From: Paraspadella gotoi
Taxonomy: Eukaryota; Animalia; Chaetognatha
Direction of reading: 5' to 3'
Assembly: GCA_051294375.1 (NCBI GenBank)
Contig: CM119269.1
Location: forward strand, 10,351,056 to 10,415,055
Length of the DNA stretch: 64,000 nucleotides
A program made the position numbers and the translations under genes. This document shows, in pieces, positions 59,901-64,000 of the stretch (the first letter of the stretch is position 1; each line of letters opens with the position of its first letter). The notes under the pieces were generated by a model, which did not search any database, was not told the origin of the DNA, and was given only the letters and a program-made list of their open reading frames with translations.

Positions 59901-61912
59901 GCATTCCGTTTCCTAACTCAATAGTTTATTACTCTAACAACAACAAGACTGAGTTAACATTTTCAGAAGCCCTGAAGCAAATAAGTTGGCTTGATATTTC
60001 TTTCAACAACATCTCTCGCATCCATAAGGACGCCGTATCGCAAATGTACAACCTTAATTTTTTAGATTTAAGGAACAATCAATTGTCAACGGTTCCCACC
60101 GAATTACAGAATTTGATTTTTTTGAATCTGAAACTGAGCAATAATCCATTTAATTGCTTTAATGATTGTTTGTTGGTCCAATACCTCATGGACAAATCTA
60201 AATATGAGCCAATCACTTGTAAAGACACAGACATCAAGTGTGCTTATCAAACATGCCGCATAAAACGAACCATTATCCCCATCTCGTTATCAACCATTTT
60301 AGGTGTTTTGGCCATTTTGTCGCTGTTTCTGCTTTCCCGGCACTTTTATCTCCTGTACCTACTCAAAAGGTATTGCAGTCCTCTGAATCGACGTTTCTCA
60401 TCAAAAAAAAGGTTTCAGTATGAAAAAAAGATTGCCTTGAAGTTCAACCATCAAAACCTGCTCAAAATGTCAGCCACGGTTTATACTTGGAACCCATTAT
60501 TAAAGTTTAAAGGTTACATATTTTTCGAAACCACAGATCAAAGGCTTTTGAATTTCTTAGCTTTTATCTCCGAAGAATATCAGGGACTAAAACTACATTT
60601 TATTCGCGTTGAACTCATCAAGCAGCTCATGTTAGCTCTTGATCATCTTAATTCGTTGACGACTCCCGTTCGCCACAATCGAGTCACCGTCGATAGCATA
60701 AACTTGAAATTTCGTGAAAATCACTTCACCCTTAAGTTGTGCGATTTCGCCGCCGCAGAGTTCGTTGCAGCGGATACCGGTAACTACAATGCTGATATGA
60801 TATCATCAAGTACGGTGATTAGTGCTATCATCAGCAGCGGCTGCGATCGATTAAGAAATGTCGAGTTCCTGGTCCTCATCAAATGTCTCATCGAGAAAGG
60901 CTTTAGCGCCCGCGATGCACTGAATTGTCCAGCATTAAAGAGCATGTCGTCCAAGATCCTAGAAGTCGGACTCCTCAACGAGTTAATGATAGAGGGCGCA
61001 CACGACCCGGAGCGCGTTAATGCAGAAAAAAACGTAGAACTGGTCATTGGAAAGCGCGGGGCCTGGCACAAACTGATTGATCGGCGCCTGTTGCAGACTT
61101 TTGCCGGCAGAGGTCGAGGATATCGCGTCTCATCCTTTTCCGGTTTGTTGCGCTTTTCACGCAACGTTGTTCATCACGCTCATCAGAGGAGAAACAAGGA
61201 TGTTTTTCGTCAATTATGCGGAAGCGAGGAGTCAGATCCTCAACCAGTCGATATATTCTACTGCCTCCTTAGCCCCTTTCCCTTTTTTTACTGCCATTGC
61301 CTTTCAGTTCTGCAACAGATGGGCCACGTTGATTCGAATGACGAGGTCTTTGTTTCGACATACAATGCTTACGAGAGGGAAGCCTTTGAGGTAGCCTCCG
61401 TGGAGGCAGCCCAAAATGGGTCATCCCTCGAAGTTAATCTCGGTAGGCATGTCCCTACGGATCCCGACGCTGCCAGGACATGGCGTCTTAGTTTTCCCGA
61501 GAATAGAACGGTGATTCAAGCAGCGCCACTCAGGACGCGCCTACTCGTAATAGCCGAGAAGGTTTTTCCAGGAATTGATTTGGCCAAAATTGTCGTCAAG
61601 GACGACGAATTTGGAGCCGTCCTTCCTCTGACGGGCGAATCGTCAAGGTCGTCGCAACCGATACTGGACGGGTCGACGTTGACTATGTCATTGATGGAGG
61701 CGCGAGTCAGAATCGGCGTTGAAGGCAAAGTTGAGACTTTTGAATTCAAAGAGGCTTACAATGTTCAGGCGTTGGTTGGGCCGTTGGCCGGAAAGGAAGG
61801 AAAGAAGGTGAAGGAGGCTGAGATTTTGCTGAATGGCGAGCGAATCGGAATTAAGACGAGGATCTTGGAGACAGCATTCCAAGAACATATCTTTCAACTT
61901 AATTTTGAGTGA
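57000..61912 (+). CDS. Toll-like LRR transmembrane receptor with cytosolic RNase L/IRE1-like pseudokinase, KEN ribonuclease and ubiquitin-like domain(s); ~1449 aa, 3 exons
   Basis: Exon 1 57000-57139 (signal peptide MEGAEVIFLFALVLSFSNA; upstream in-frame ATG at 56988), exon 2 57208-57374 and exon 3 57870-61912 join in frame via GT-AG introns of phase 2 and 1. Features in order: many LxxLxLxxN repeats, NKWRCDC, CCPPGCDC, NPFNC, TM TIIPISLSTILGVLAILSLFLLS, kinase remnants (HQNLLKM, YIFFE, HNR, LKLCDFA), KEN motif GYRVSSFSGLLRFSRNVVHH and a C-terminal ubiquitin-like pattern. Confidence 0.9.
57379..57613 (+). repeat. Structured ~235-nt dispersed element inserted at the start of intron 2 of the LRR-KEN gene
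   Basis: Highly similar to 28292-28526. Begins 4 nt into the intron (donor GT at 57375). Confidence 0.85.
60940..61325 (+). other. KEN (kinase-extension nuclease, HEPN-like) ribonuclease domain
   Basis: W(HKLID)...Y-x9-R-x2-RNxxHH...F(YCLLSP)FP. Tyr codon at 61121, RN at 61160-61165, last His ending at 61177. Same spacing as the IRE1 catalytic Tyr/Arg/Asn/His. Confidence 0.85.
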
Positions 61913-62546
61913 ATTTTGTATGTTATGTATGTCTTTTTTTTTTTATTTACCTGTGCTTGTAGCTTACCTCCACTTTCTAAATTGTATAAGATTTGGTGCA
62001 TTGTAGAATATTTTTTTCTTAACCGACTTTGTAGCTTATGCTTTATGTACTGTTGTAAAAATAAATGTCTACCATAAAGAAGTTTATATTTTTTGTTTTC
62101 ATTTAAGTATTGTACTTTAGTATATACTACTCGGCCCCTGGTGTTGAGCTATGGAGCGCCCACTAAAGGGACTGAAATCTTTACCCCCTGGACTCTGAAG
62201 CCACCCCAACCAGAGGGATTATTTTCTTTGCAAGATACTCTGGCGCATTATAATTCTATGCCCCAGGGGGATAAACTAAGGAGTTTGAAATTTTGTATTG
62301 TTTTTAAATATTTTGTAATACAATTTCCTTTAAGTCTTTAATTGAAAGAAAAAAAATTATAATTTTTTTTTTACAACAATGATTTCTTATTGGAAAAACA
62401 AAAACATGTTTATTGTTTTTTCAACAAAAAATCGTTGCTGTAAACAAAATTATATACTTTGTTTTCTCTTAATCAAAACTTAACAAAAAAAAGCAAAATA
62501 CCAAGTCTTTAATTATATTTAATAAATTAAAAAATCTTAATTAATA

Positions 62547-63005
62547 TTATGAAATTGGTACAACCAATATAAAAATTATCCATTCATTTAATAAATAAGC
62601 TATCTTGCCCCTGACTTTGGACAGGCTTTGGTGGTTTAAGGCCTCCATCACTCTTACAAGATAATGACATAGTAGGTCCCTGCAAGCTTTCAATCAAGAC
62701 TATCTCACACTCTCACATCTCACTCTCACAGTCTCGTTTATTCACTCCCAGAGTACCTGGCTTCCCTATCAATGAAGTGGTATAATATTTCAAAGAATGT
62801 TTCAATTGTATGAAAAGACCACTCCCTTAAGTATTAGATCGGGGAATACTTATTGTACTCCGCACTAGCATCAAAATACAAGGAGCTGAATTTTATGAAA
62901 TTGGTACAACCAATATAAAAATTATCCATTCATTTAATAAATAAGCTATCTTGCCCCTGACTTTGGACAGGCTTTGGTGGTTTAAGGCCTCCATCACTCT
63001 TACAA
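62547..63005. repeat. 113-bp perfect direct repeat (62547-62659 and 62893-63005)
   Basis: ttatgaaattggtacaacc...ccatcactcttacaa occurs twice, 233 nt apart. Confidence 0.9.
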
Positions 63006-63217
63006 AATATATTATAATATTTTTTACAATTAAATAAGTATTTTGAATTAAAAAAATACATAAAAAAATTAAACTTAAATTATAAAAATAAATAAATAAT
63101 AAATAAGTAATAGATAAATAATAATAAAATGAAAAAAAATAATCATAACTTATAGTAATTTAATATAAAAGTATTTTAAGAACTGTTATAAAGAGAGTCA
63201 TCTCATGCACTGAGTAG

Positions 63218-63814
63218 TAAGGCGTAGTAAAATTTCTAAATTTAACTTTTAATTAAAATTCTAAAAGTAAGAAACGAACAACATTATACTAATGAACATT
63301 TATGTAATAAAAAAATTTATAATAAATTTTACAATTTATGCAGTAGCCATTTATACTAGTACTAAACCAATAAATGTTAAAATTTCAAAACAGTTTTTTC
63401 TAAGATTTTTTTGCAGATTTGGATTCGTCATAAAAAGTTGATAAAAGGAAATATAACTCTTTTGAAAAATTCCTTCATTAAGTGGATTAAAAATTATAAA
63501 AAGCTATATTTTAAGCTGAAAATTAACTTTTTATATATTAAATATAGTTTTTTTAATTTTTAACCCACTTAATAAAAGAATTTTTAAAAATGATTTATAT
63601 TTTCTCTATCAACTTTTGATGAGGAATTCAAATCTGCAATCAAAATTAAGAAAAGCCTATTTTGAAATTTTTCGATTTTATAAGGATATATAAATATAAA
63701 TATAAATATAAATATAAATATAGCCGACTGCAAAAATTAAAAAACATAAAATTAATTTTTTTTACAAATTAATTGACTTTTAGAATTTTCGTATGTAACT
63801 TTCACTACGCCTTA
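63218..63814. mobile_element. Non-autonomous TIR element with an 8-bp TSD (hAT-like MITE)
   Basis: TIR TAAGGCGTAGT.../...ACTACGCCTTA. CTGAGTAG at both 63210-63217 and 63815-63822. A related inverted partial copy at ~26700-26877 ends at the same TAAG terminus. Confidence 0.75.
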
Positions 63815-64000
63815 CTGAGTAGTATTTATATAATTGAACATTTTTTCCTTCTGAAAATTGATTTTCTGTTAACTGACAAAAATAGGTTTTCAGTCCCGGG
63901 TAATTTCATATAAAAAGAAAAAAATGGTTAACGAATTTAAATTTTAAATATGTAAAAAATTTTGAAACGGGCATAAATATTTATAAATATATTTGAATGG

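Noticed and set aside
57893-61912. Annotating the long ORF as an ordinary Toll-like receptor, IRE1 or a plant-type LRR receptor kinase
   Set aside because: No TIR boxes after the TM, no IRE1 luminal domain, and the kinase lacks the Gly loop, VAIK, HRD and APE motifs and is followed by a KEN domain.

Overview
AT-rich, intron-containing animal (probably invertebrate) genomic DNA with five N-gaps and signs of local mis-assembly. Four protein-coding genes lie on the + strand. (1) The 3' part of an aryl hydrocarbon receptor/spineless gene (3.0-7.1 kb). (2) An SLC5A sodium:solute symporter whose exon blocks recur as indel-rich copies (10.5-34.2 kb), most likely an assembly artefact. (3) The RNA ligase RtcB, with a ~160-aa Ser-rich N-terminal extension and an antisense tRNA-Thr(TGT) nested in a 125-nt intron (35.6-41.2 kb). 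(4) The main finding: a three-exon gene (57.0-61.9 kb) for a ~1450-aa single-pass receptor. It has a signal peptide and a Toll-type LRR ectodomain, but instead of a TIR domain its cytosolic part is an RNase L/IRE1-like pseudokinase, a KEN ribonuclease with intact catalytic residues, and one or two ubiquitin-like domains. It lies ~16 kb from RtcB, the ligase that joins the RNA ends KEN nucleases create. Non-coding features include Penelope-type minimal hammerhead motifs, a ~235-nt structured dispersed element with compensatory base changes, several non-autonomous DNA transposons and many (CT)n microsatellites. Homology calls come from motifs recalled from memory, not from database searches.
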